64,000 nucleotides of DNA, taken from positions 1,054,001-1,118,000 of the forward strand of contig JAYWIR010000005.1 in assembly GCA_036172245.1 (NCBI GenBank). The letters run 5' to 3'. Under the pieces are notes generated by a model. The model did not search any database, had not been told where the DNA came from, and was given only the letters and a program-made list of their open reading frames with translations. Below, piece by piece: positions 51,975 through 62,614 of the stretch. A program made the position numbers and the translations under genes. Origin of the DNA: Raillietiella orientalis (lineage: Eukaryota). The number at the start of each line of letters is the position of its first letter. Position 1 is the first letter of the stretch.

Positions 51975-52806
51975 AACTATTGAAGATGTGGACAACTCAG
52001 CAGCTAGCGGACGGTGCGACCCCGAGTGTCCCGCCTAAAGGACTTCTGCGCTGGAGCGAGCTGCTCGGAATCCCTCCGGAAGAGGTTAAGTGGACCCCAG
52101 CGTGTTGAGACAGTGGCACCCTCCCCCTGAAGTGGCAAGAGACGGCGCTGTTGGTGCTGCACTACAGTCTCCCGTGCAACGCCCGCTGTCACCCCTTGAT
52201 GCGAGGGGGTATCGACCCCAATTGTGTTAGGTTCGGGGAGCGGGAATCCCTACCCCACCTGTTAGGGGATTGTGTTGCCCTCTGGACCCTATGGGAACGC
52301 TTTGCTGCGACTCAAGGTATCCCCTGTGGCCACCACAGGGACGCAATTAGACTGCTCTTCGTTCGCGACGCCCTTCGGCCAGCAGCCTCTCTTGCTGCCC
52401 TGTGTTGCCTACGCGGGATCGTCGCTGCTTGAAGCAACGCGACGGGAGGACCCAGTGATGGGGATGATAGCAAATATGCCATCCGCTTCCTGAGGATGGC
52501 GATGCGATGCCCCACTTGGAATCCCATATTCAGGAAGAGCTTATCGGCATCCTCCAGAGGATGTGACAGACCCTCACAGCAGGCCGTGATCCCTTCCCGT
52601 GCCCTCCCCACTTTTATTTATTTTCATTTGTTGTTTTTTGTTTTTGTTTATTCCCCCTCCCCTCTACTGTCGAGGTGGACCGCACTGGTCTGCGAACCGG
52701 TTACCCCGCAGGCTCTGAACATTTAGGGCGTGGCTGGACCAGTGGTCCACAGATTCTGTAAAGGTTTTATCGGAAGAATAAACGCCCCGGCGCATTCGGG
52801 TGAGAA
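51975..52806 (+). mobile_element. 5'-truncated copy of the LINE family (zf-RVT C-terminus plus complete 3' UTR)
   Basis: WTTQQLADGATPSVPPKGLLRW...LPLKWQETALLVLHYSLPCNARCH...DPNCVRFGERESLPHLLGDCVALWTLWERFA, closely matching the 63 kb copy, with in-frame stops. The 3' UTR runs from GATCCCTTCCC (52588) to AATAAACGCCCC...GGGTGAGAA (52777-52806). Confidence 0.9.
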
Positions 52807-55800
52807 TCGAGAATCCGCAGTTCGAACCCTCTTAGGAATGCACGGAGATGCTCCGCTGCTCCTGAGAGGTTCAACCAGTCCCCTGGCAGACCCACTCTTG
52901 AGAGGGAGGACCACTGTCACTAGATGGATTTTTAGCACAAGCAGGGAGTGTCGGATAGCGTTGACCATATTACTCCTCGATTTCCCACCCGTGAGCACAA
53001 GTGGTTGTCACGAAACACGTGGTCGATGCTTCCCGCCAACCCGGCGTTTTTGGTCAACAAGTTGACCGTGTGCATTGCGGGCGCTCGTGGCTGGACGGCC
53101 CCACCGTGACAAGATCTCTTCGCTGGGAAATGGAGCGCTCTTGGTTGGATGGCTCCTTAGCGACAAGGAGACCCTTGCGATGGCCGATGGCGAGGCCAGC
53201 CTCTGAGCAAAATGCCTCAAACCACTCTGGGCGACTCTGTACTATCTCTTTTTGCAGGGGGACGTTCCTCGTGGTCCGAGACCACGAAAGGATCCGCGGG
53301 CTCGCTCCCGGGTCGGAGGCCTTTGACCAGAGGAAGGAGAACCTCTCCGGGACGCCCTTGCTGAGGGGAAGGTTCGCCGGGGGCGTATCGGCGGTTATCG
53401 ACGGGATCAGTGAACCCCCGGGCAGTGTCTCCGATCTCCCCCCGGCCCCATGCGGCTCCTCCTGGAGGACGGAGCTCTAGTCGAGGAGCTCGCGGGGAAG
53501 GAGGAAGCCTTTTTGCTGCGGAGGAAGGGAGGGCGATCCCGCAGCCGGTCAGTCACCTCCCGAGACCCGCGAATCTCGTCCGGGACTACGCAAGACTTCC
53601 TCCGTGCGGCACAGGGCGGCGCTGCGAGCGCTCCCTGTCGGGCGCCCCACAGCTGCTCGCCGCCTCGGGCGGGGCCACAGTGCCCGGGACGACCCAGAGA
53701 CCACCCTCCAAGGGACATAGGTGGAGGAAGAAGGCAGGGGGGGAGCGGTGGACGTCTCCCACAGCTCTTTTTCCTGGCCCTCTTCACCGTGGACAGGTGA
53801 ACCACGCGATCGTTCCGCCCACTCCTCTACGAGGAAGGCAAGTGACCCTGTATGAGACCTTCCTGATCGAAATTGATGACTGCCCAGCCACTAGGGAGGT
53901 TAGAGGATAAAGCTGGAAGACCAAACCAGCCTACAGGTGCTCCCATCCCTGCGGCATCCTCTCCACCCCTTCACAGATGCATCTCCCTCGAGGGAGGAAA
54001 TCAACCGGGACGAAAGCGCCTCGCCGCAACGCTGCTGCGATCGGCCGCCCGGGGTGGCAGAGTGGACAGTGTCCCCGAGCGGCTTTCCCCGCTTCCCGCA
54101 GGGGACCCTCCTCCCGCTCGAGCGCGCGTCTCCGGGCAGCCCTAAGCACCTGCTTACTTTTTTAAAAGGACCGGGAAATTTCCGGGAATATGCGGGGATG
54201 CGCCTTTCCCGGTCTCCGCAAGGCGGCTATAGGAGGGAAGGCGTCGCCGAGGACCGTCCGCCTTCCCACCAGCCCTACGGAACCCTAGGAGGCACGGGGA
54301 AAGCAAGGGTTGCGGGGAAGGGGGAGGAAGGGTGCAGCGGCGCGAGGAAAGCGACCACCCATCCCCGGTGGTGGTCCTCTGGTCTCGGAGAAGGGGTCGA
54401 CGGCAGTCGCGGACAGGTCGTGTCCCTCTACGCGGTGGCGCGTGTGGCCGCCCCGAGCGGAAGAACAGGCAGCTCCGTGGACGAGAGGGACGGACTGATT
54501 CCGTGGACGAAGTCCCTCCTCCACGCCCTCTCCCACCCTACCCTTCCGCGTACCAGCCTGCGGATCGGTGGTCATTGTAGATTCACCGGTCCACGTGGCC
54601 TGCGACTTGATTTTCCTCTTCAGGGGGAAGAAACTCTCCAAAGCGACCAGGTGGAAGCGGCGGTGACGCGTTGCCAGGGTCAACCTCGTGCAGCGGCAGC
54701 CGCAACGCAGAGTAGTGCCGCTCCAGAAGGAACGCGGAAACATCCAGGAACAACGCGGGGAGATCTCGAACTTCCCTGAGGAAACTCTAAGTGAGATCGG
54801 CCCCTTCTGGAAGGGCCCCCCAGTGGGGCGGTCAGGGAAGCAGCCGAAGAGCGTCCATGTCGACGCGCCGTCCAGCATCCCTGCTCCCCTCTTCTCCCTG
54901 CAGCTCCACAGGTGACCTTCCACCTTGCGGGCCGGTCAGTCCCCTTCGTTCTCCCGCAGGGAGGGACACTACACTGCCGCACGCGTGGTGCCCTGCGCCA
55001 AAATGCTCTTCGTGAGGCCCTGGCCCACGTCTCGGCTGCTCCTTGTTTCCGGGCACCGCCGTTTCCAGGGGCCGCCGAGGCCGAGGGAAATCAAAGATGG
55101 CTGGGGGGCGCTCAGGATCGAAAGCAGGGGTTGGGGACGCTCGATGGCGTGAGGAAGGGCACTCCAGGTTTACCCTTAGGTCGGGACGAGGGGAGCGCGG
55201 AGTAGGATAACCCCGGGACGAGAGGCACCCCGTTGCCAGGGCACCCGCTCGTCCTTCCTCACGTCGCCGCGCGCCTTGCCCCGACCGGACCGCAAGGCAC
55301 GTCGCGGGGGAGGCTAGGAGACTGCTCGGCGCCCGTTGGGGCCCGCGCCCTCGCGAAGGGACAGGTGAACGACCAGGAATTTCCTCTGGGAGCAGCTGGG
55401 ACATCGCCTTCAGGCGGCCGCAAAGTGGAGTAGTCATAAGCCTCTCTCCGGGAGACGGGGGGAAGAGGGGGAACGGATCGCCCCTCGGCTTCTGCCTGGC
55501 AACGCGGGGGGTCACTCCGCTTGATCGTGGGGCGCTGGGCCTCGCGCGGAGGACGCGCCGCCGTCCGCGAGCCTCACGATCGGTGGTGCGGGTCGCCCGC
55601 GGGAACGCAGCGGCTGCCTCGGGGCGGCAGCACCTCCGTGGCAGCACGCGCGAGACCCCTAGGAGACCAGACTTTAAGCCCGGCCCCGGAGCATCAAGGG
55701 ACAGGGCGCGTCCTCGCTCGTCTCTCCCGCGTCCAGCAGCAGCAGCGGCAGAGAGAGCGACCGTTCCCGATGAGGAGAAGGGTGATCGCGTAGTTTACCT

Positions 55801-58800
55801 GCCCCCGAGGAAGAGAAAAGAGCGACACCCGGAGCCCTCCCCCCCTGCCTCTTCTTCCTTTATCTTCTGGGGGAAGGAGAAGGTGTCGCCGGATCGCCCC
55901 GGGCATCGCGACCGCTACTGAGGCGGCTAGCGATTGCGAGGCGTGCTGGGTAGGGAGAGCTCTCCGCGCCGCCGCGCAAGGAAGCTCGCGGCCCCACGGC
56001 AGCTCGAGCATGGCGATCCCGGAGGTCGAAAGTCCCCCCGTTCCTCCCAGAATGGGCTCCGCGATCCCGGGATGAACTCGTCCGCCAGCCTCTCCCCCTT
56101 CCTCAAAGGATGGAGGCAGGGGCAGTACTCAGCCGCCCCCACGGGAGCGCGAAGGCGCAGGCGAAATCGGCGCCAGCCCGTAGGGAGAAGGAGCGTCCCT
56201 CCGCTCCGTGGAGCAGCCAGGGAGGGAGGTCCGTGCGCGCATGCGCGAACCCGTCCCATGGGATGCCAGGTGGAGGGTCATCAATGATGCATCCGGGCGG
56301 CGGCGAGGGGCGCGCACCGCTTCCGGTTGCTCTCATGCTTTATGCATGCCCGCTCTGGCAGCACGCCGCCCCAGGACCCGCCACCCCATTACGGGAGTTG
56401 GCAGGGATTGTCCGTCCGCCTGATTCTCATTGGCGTGGCCGGAACGATGCGGATCTGCTCCAGGACGTGGGCGCGGTGCTTCTGCGACCGTTCGCTCCTG
56501 CGAGGCGCGGACTGTCCGAAGAGGCGTGTCCTTACCAATGGCCTCAGGCAAGACCAGACGGCATCCTGGGATTCCTTCATGGCAGGTGGCACCACGGACC
56601 AGGCAGGGGCCCGCGTGCCTCCGAGTCACCTCGACGTGGGCCCAGGAGGGAGGGGTCTGGGCAGGGAGGAGAGCGGACGCAGGGAACTTGCAGGACGCCC
56701 CATAGCCGTGTAGGGCGAGGGTAGGTGGGGAGCAAGCGTTTGCCAGCGTCCCCTAGATGGGAGAGGGAGGAAGTCTCTCGTTGCTCCGGCGATGGAAGCG
56801 CGTAAATAAGGGCTGCCCCATTTCCGCGTGCCCGCGACAGGCGGCTGGCGGAGAGAGCAGCGCTCCTGGAGGCAGCCGCCGTCAACATTCCCCCTTCCTC
56901 CCGCAATGGCTCTCGGCCTCCCAGCGGGACTCACGGCGCGGACTTCGCCACTCCCTGGAGAGGAGAATAAGTTGCGTTTCCCGGGGAATGGGAAAAGAGA
57001 GAGGAAGTGGGGGGGAGAAGGAAGAAGTGAAAAAATCCTGGAATTCCGGGAAAACCGGGAGCGAGGGGAACGAAAGGGAGGTTCTTCGATCGCAGGATCG
57101 AGGGGCCGGCTGCCCTTCCGGCGCCCTCCCCGCGGCTAGTCGCGAGAGGACGGCCGCTGCCCGACGATGAGCGAGCGCGCCCGAGGATCGCCGCATCCTT
57201 AGGCGCGCTGCGATGACCCGGTGGTCTCCTTCCGGGAACGGAATAGAGGGGAGGAGCATCGGGGTCCAAACGGGAATGGGGACACAGAAGCGTCCCGAGC
57301 TGTTGACTGTAGTGGTCCCGCGGACTCCACGACCCGATAGCAGCGGAGAGTCGCCACCGCCTTCGCTCCCTCCTTCGCGCAGGGAGGCGGAGGGGGCTGT
57401 GCGTGAGCAGATTCGCTCCCCGGCGACCCGCGCCTTCGGAGGAGGAGGAATAGGAGGGGCAAAGGGTTCATCCTCTCCCCTCCCTCCGTTCCGGTCGCAG
57501 AGGTCGGAAGGGGCCAGAGGAGAGGCAGACGCCAACTCCGCGGCGCCTTGGCAACAGGTGCACCCTCCATCCCTGTGTCCACCCCCCCTCCCCTTCCGGG
57601 AGCGTGCGCCGCCGCTACAGTGGCAACGCGTCTCCGGTGCCAGAGGGATGTGAAAATGTGACCGGGGCTCGAAAGGCGCAACCCTGCCCCGAATGCCTCC
57701 CCCAGCGCCAGAGGAGGCCTAGGCGACTCCGGGAGATCCTCGAGGGCCCGCGCAAGACATGCCCTTGGGGGAGGGAGGGGGAGGGAGGAAGGGCGGAGAG
57801 GAGTCTTTGGGCTGTTGTGTGCGCAGGCGAGGTAGCGCGCGTTACGCTCACGCGCGCCGTGGAAGTGCATGAGTGCGTGCGTGAAACGAGGGTAAGCCAG
57901 ACTGCAGCGCTCCTGGCGGTTAACTGACTCTCTGAGTGCCGTCGCCTCCCGGTGTTCGCCTTCCTGCCTTCTTGTCAGTCCCCTGACCACCACAGAGGGG
58001 CGTGAGACCTTCCTCCTCCCTTTTCCCTTTCCATCCTCAGAACGCGGGAGGCTCCTCCTGGCCGCGGTCGTCGACGGCTTCTAGACGCTGGGTTGACACT
58101 GAGAGGACCGGACGCACGGGAGGAGACGGCTGGACCGCGCGCGTCCCTTGAGATCCTTCCTTATCCCTCCCCCCTTTCCTCTTCCTTCCTCTTGCGGCCA
58201 TTCCCCTCCCGAATCCACATCCGCGTGCGGGCAAGGATTCGGGATTCCCTGGCGCCGGCAGCACAGAGCCCCGTACGGGGAATCGATGGGGCCCCGGCCG
58301 CCTTCGAGTGGCGCGCGTGCGCTCGCCTCTCCCCAGTCGCACTCTCCCCGCCCGGTTCCTTTCGCTTCCCTCCGTCCTCTCTCTCTCCTCTCCTCCCTCC
58401 CCGCTTATCCCCCCAGAAACCGGAGGCAACCAAGGCGACGGACAATGAAGAAGTGCTTCGCCCCGTCATCTGTGGGCCGAACGTGCAATTTTCTTTGATT
58501 GATTGCTCGATAAAGATCCTTTTCCGGAGCTAACGGGAGAGATGTTTCCATATGGAGCGGCCGTCCTCCCGAGATGGAACGAGTCTCGCGATGGGAAGAT
58601 CATTCAAGCAGGCGTCGCGGGAAAACGCTCGTCTCCATCTCACAGAAGCAACCACAGGGTTCACCGGACGATGGCGCGAGTTTCTCAACGAGCGCTTCTC
58701 CAGGAGGAACGGTTCGAAACCGCTTTCAGAGAGGGAAGCACCGATGAACGAGAGGTTTCGCGGCACTTCCGGCTGGTGGAGGATGCCTCACATCTCCATC

Positions 58801-61479
58801 TCTTCAGGACCACCCTCAATATTCAGGATCTCGTGTCTCGGATTCGGAACATCTTCGACAAAATATCCCGCAATCCTCGAGGACAGGAGTGTGATCAAAA
58901 ACAATCCCCCCTCCTCCCTAAAACCGTCTGTTTCTCCCCCCCCCCCATCTACCTCCGCTGTTGCTTCTGCTGCTGGGAGCGCAGGGGAGAGCGATCCTTC
59001 CCAGGGCATCCCTCTCCTCCTCCAACGCACCCATTATGCGAAGCTGCAGCCCCAGGACCGCGGTATCAGTACATCCCGCATCCTGCTCTCCCCGAACGCC
59101 AATGATGGTTTATCTTCAGAAGGCTGATGGGCCTAATGGGAGCCTCGAAGAGTTCCTTTATCTCAGCCCTTTCCCTCAGAGTGAGTTTAGATGGGGCTTT
59201 GCGAATTTTTTGCGCCACGTCTGGGGTCTGGAGACACTTTTTGGAGGGTTTTGCCTCCTGACAGCCAAGCGGAAAGGATGGGCGTGGCTCAGGACGTGGA
59301 ATCCTCTGCTGGTCCACAGAGAGATATCCGAGGCCTTATCAGAGGATTGTCGTCCAGAACAGGCCCCGGAGCCACGCTGACAGAGGGGCGCATGGCTCGT
59401 GGTCTTCCAGAAGTGGCCACCTGTCTCACGGCGTCCTCGAGATGTTGACATCCGATCTCTGACCTCCCCTGGAAGCCGTTGATCCCAGCGGAACCCCGCG
59501 ACATGTAACGAGGTGCGCCTGGCTGACCCTCTGACCCCACGTCCCAAACTATGGTGCCACGCAGTTCGGCCTGCCACTCGATATGTCCCTCTCACCGTGC
59601 AGCGCACGGAGAGGCGAGAGGGGCGTGGCCGCTGGCTCCCACTCCCAGGAGTGAACGCTCCATCCGAACGACACCCCCTGATCGATCCCACGGCGGTCGA
59701 TCGCTTCCCTCTGTCCTAGGGAAAGGGAGGAAGAGGCATATCGATCTGCATGGAGGAGCGAGAGGCTTGGAGACACCGCCGGGGCCGCTAACTGGTCCCC
59801 CCCCCCCCCCGAGCTTGCCGCTCGGAATCTTCCTGCCCCCACGTCCCTTGGAGCGGAAAAGGACTCAGAGAAAGGTGTGAGGGATTTTCCCGTCCGCCAT
59901 CACGGCAGCCTTCCGAATGCATGGCAGGAATTCCGCGTGGTGTGGAATGCTGAGGGTCTCTCTGTATGATGCCCGAAGGGCGAAGTTCTTCCAGGCAGGG
60001 CAACGCTTTCGAAAACCCCGAGCCGACAGCGGTGAGCTCGGACGAGAGAAGCGAAATCTGGGACAGAGGAAAGAGGGGAAGAAGACAGGAGTGCAGCAAA
60101 AAACTGTCCCCTCCCTTCCCCCCCTCCCCTCAAACCAGCTGCTTCCACCCCGCCTCTGCTACTGCTGCGGCTAGGAGCGAAGAAGGGAGCAACCCTTCCT
60201 GGGGCATCCTCTCCTTCCGTCATCAACCAGCCCCGCGCAGCAACGGACGGAAATGCCAGGAAGGGAGGCACAGCCTGCCGGATCGCTCGCAGCACCGCCT
60301 CGCGGCGTTGAAGAGAATTACTCGGACTCCCTCGACCACAGGCATCCCGGCGAACCGCGCGCGCGCGCGCGCTGACCCGGTACGCCGCCGCCGTGGGTTC
60401 GCTCGCCGTGGATGCAAAGCCTTTCCCACCCCCTTTTCTCCTTCCCGGGCACGGAAAGGTCAGCGGGTGACTTGGGGATCGGAGGGGAAGAAGTTCCTTT
60501 ATCCTCCCAGAGAGTGCGGCACTGGAACGCCGGCGCTCGCCGCATTCCCTCCGTGTGCGCGCTCCTTCCTCCGCGGGGCTCGTGTCTCCTCACCTGATGG
60601 GGGCTCGCTCGCCCGGCAGCGCTAGCGAGACCTCGCGACCCGAGCGCCACGCTTGGGAGCAGTCCGGCAGCACTAGTGGAGAGTAAGGACTGAGTGGAGA
60701 GTAACTTCCTCTGAGTAAGGACTCCACCAACAGTGGGCACGTCCGTGCGCTTTCACCCGTGTCGCAACGATTTCTCAGCCCCCCCCTCCCTCCACCCCCT
60801 CTTCAGTCTTCTTGCTCGAGAACTTACAGCACGGTGTCATAAGGCGGAGCCCAGTGTCGTAACAAACACCGTGACGTGGCGGCGGCCTGTGTGAGAATGG
60901 TGGTGCTGCTGCGCACCTCCATGGACCACCTCCACAGACAAACCTCCAATGCACCCGCTTTCCGAAGGCAAGGAGAAAGTGGAAAACGCCACACCCCATG
61001 CTCTGAGTCACGGCATGAAAAGCAGCAGCCTGGCCATCCTCCGAAAAATCGCAAGCCGCATGGTCAATCCACTCCTGATGCACCAGAGTGCGCGTCACAC
61101 CACCCTTCGCACCCTAGGAAACGCCGCAGGTCCCCACAGGTACGGCAGCGACCACCACGTGTCTCGCAAGAAATCGCCTGCTCTGGAGCACCCGCCTCAA
61201 CGGTGCATTGCCCCTCTTCCCGTCTTCCCGCCTGTGCACGATATTGCCTTGTGCACGGGCAATATCGTAGGCGAGGACGCGTGCAGAGCCGCGATTATTG
61301 CTAGTTGAAAACTTCCCGTCTTCCCGCCGCCTCTCTTATCGGCACTCCACACCTCCCACTGCGTCAATAACAAACCATCGACTCCGTCGACCTACCGGGC
61401 GGACCCCCTGATGAACTGTTCGAGCCCCCACAATCACCTCCAACAAAATCACAAGGTGACCAGTCTCGTTACTGCCACC

Positions 61480-61780
61480 TCGTCAGCTCCACACGCTGCC
61501 CTACTCTTTATTCCTGCTGTCCCGTCCTCGGGATAGCCGGTGGTCCTGGAACGGAGGAAGAGGAGACAGGAATAAGCGACGCCGTCCACTGGTCGAGAGT
61601 CTTCCTGAGGACAGCCACGAGATGACCCCACCTGGCATCAGCATCCGGTGCCACCTTGCCAGCATCCTGGACAGGATGCGGAAGACGCCTAGCAGCGACC
61701 AGGGAACCCTTCCCGAATTCCCCCTCCCCTTCATCCCCTGCAGAAAAACTGCTTTTTTTTTTCCTGTTTTTCCGCCATGT
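61480..61780 (+). mobile_element. Old fragment of the LINE family (ORF2 C-terminal end and start of 3' UTR)
   Basis: cgacgccgtccact, ttcctgaggac, gccagcatcctggacaggatgcgg and acccttcccgaa match the 41.7-41.9 kb and 52.5 kb copies (HLASILDRMR vs ELAGILRRMQ). Confidence 0.65.
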
Positions 61781-62049
61781 CCCGCCAAGTCTGAACCAAA
61801 GAGGGGAGTGGCCAGCGTTGCTTCCCTGCACTCTCGGATGGGCGCGCAACGAGACCCCTCCGACTTCAATGTATTTCAATTTAGCTCCACCCTTGCACGT
61901 CCGAAATGGAGGCGCAAACGGCCACACCTACTCTTCACCACTCAGACGATCTTTTGCTGTTGCTCCCCACGTCCAGCCCTGCGTCAGCAGCACAAGAGGG
62001 TTTTCCTTCGGGTTGCCGATTCCAGGTCCACCCGCGTTCTGTCGGGACG

Positions 62050-62614
62050 TTCCTTCGCGAAAGGCAAACACTACGGTGGCAGGACCCTTGGCCCTACTAC
62101 GTGCTGACTGAGCTCTACATGTTCGACGGCCGCTGCAGGATATCGCGCTCACCTACGCACACTGCTTCGGGCATCGTTCACACCCCTTGCCCCAGTGCTG
62201 CCCTTGAAAGACTCAAGGGACAGCGGCCTTCCAGCAAGGTAGGAGGTGTCTTGCTGCATTGCGGGAAGAAAGAAATCGCCAAGTGAGTGGACAACTCGGC
62301 AGATCACGAGCGCAGCGACTCGAGTGTCCTCGACTGTCACTCTGAGGTGAGCTTGCTCTGATCCCTCTGGAGGAGATGAGGCAGCCTTCAGTGTTCTGGA
62401 GCAGTGCTACCCTCCCCCTAGAGTGGCAGGAGTCGGCGATCCTTCTGTTGTATTGGGGTCTCCCATGCAACTCCCGCCGACGTCATTAGACACGAGTTGT
62501 GTGTGGACCCAAACTGTACAAGGTGCAGGAGGGGAAATATCTCCCGCACTTCCTAGTGGGCTGTGACCCCTTTCCCCCGTGGGAACTCTCTCCCGTATCC
62601 CTCCGGATCCCCGA
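62050..62614 (+). mobile_element. Older sense fragment of the LINE family (zf-RVT region), cut off by the antisense copy to its right
   Basis: *EVSCCIAGRKKSPSEWTTRQ, LEWQESAILLLYWGLPCNSRRRH, DPNCTRC and LPHFLVGCDPFPPWELSPVSLRIP align with WEVTVTISGRERKIGEWKTGQ...WQESALLLQHWGLPCNARRHH...NPNCVRC...LPHLLVDC. Confidence 0.8.

Noticed and set aside
49615..52806. Single element with a twin-priming 5' inversion (minus RT plus plus-strand C-terminus)
   Set aside because: The geometry fits, but the minus copy seems to run past the start of the plus copy (ATPSCLHGVGR near 49615-49650 vs ATPSVPPKGLLRW) and the overlap is too divergent; no TSD flanks the whole unit.
54530..54700. APE endonuclease-like FHLVALESFF...W.G on the minus strand
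   Set aside because: Lacks the upstream N and downstream GDFN/SDH motifs; another frame is equally protein-like.
57726..57758. LREILEGPRK matching LREILEDPKK of the LINE ORF2
   Set aside because: A ten-residue match with no flanking similarity; could be chance.
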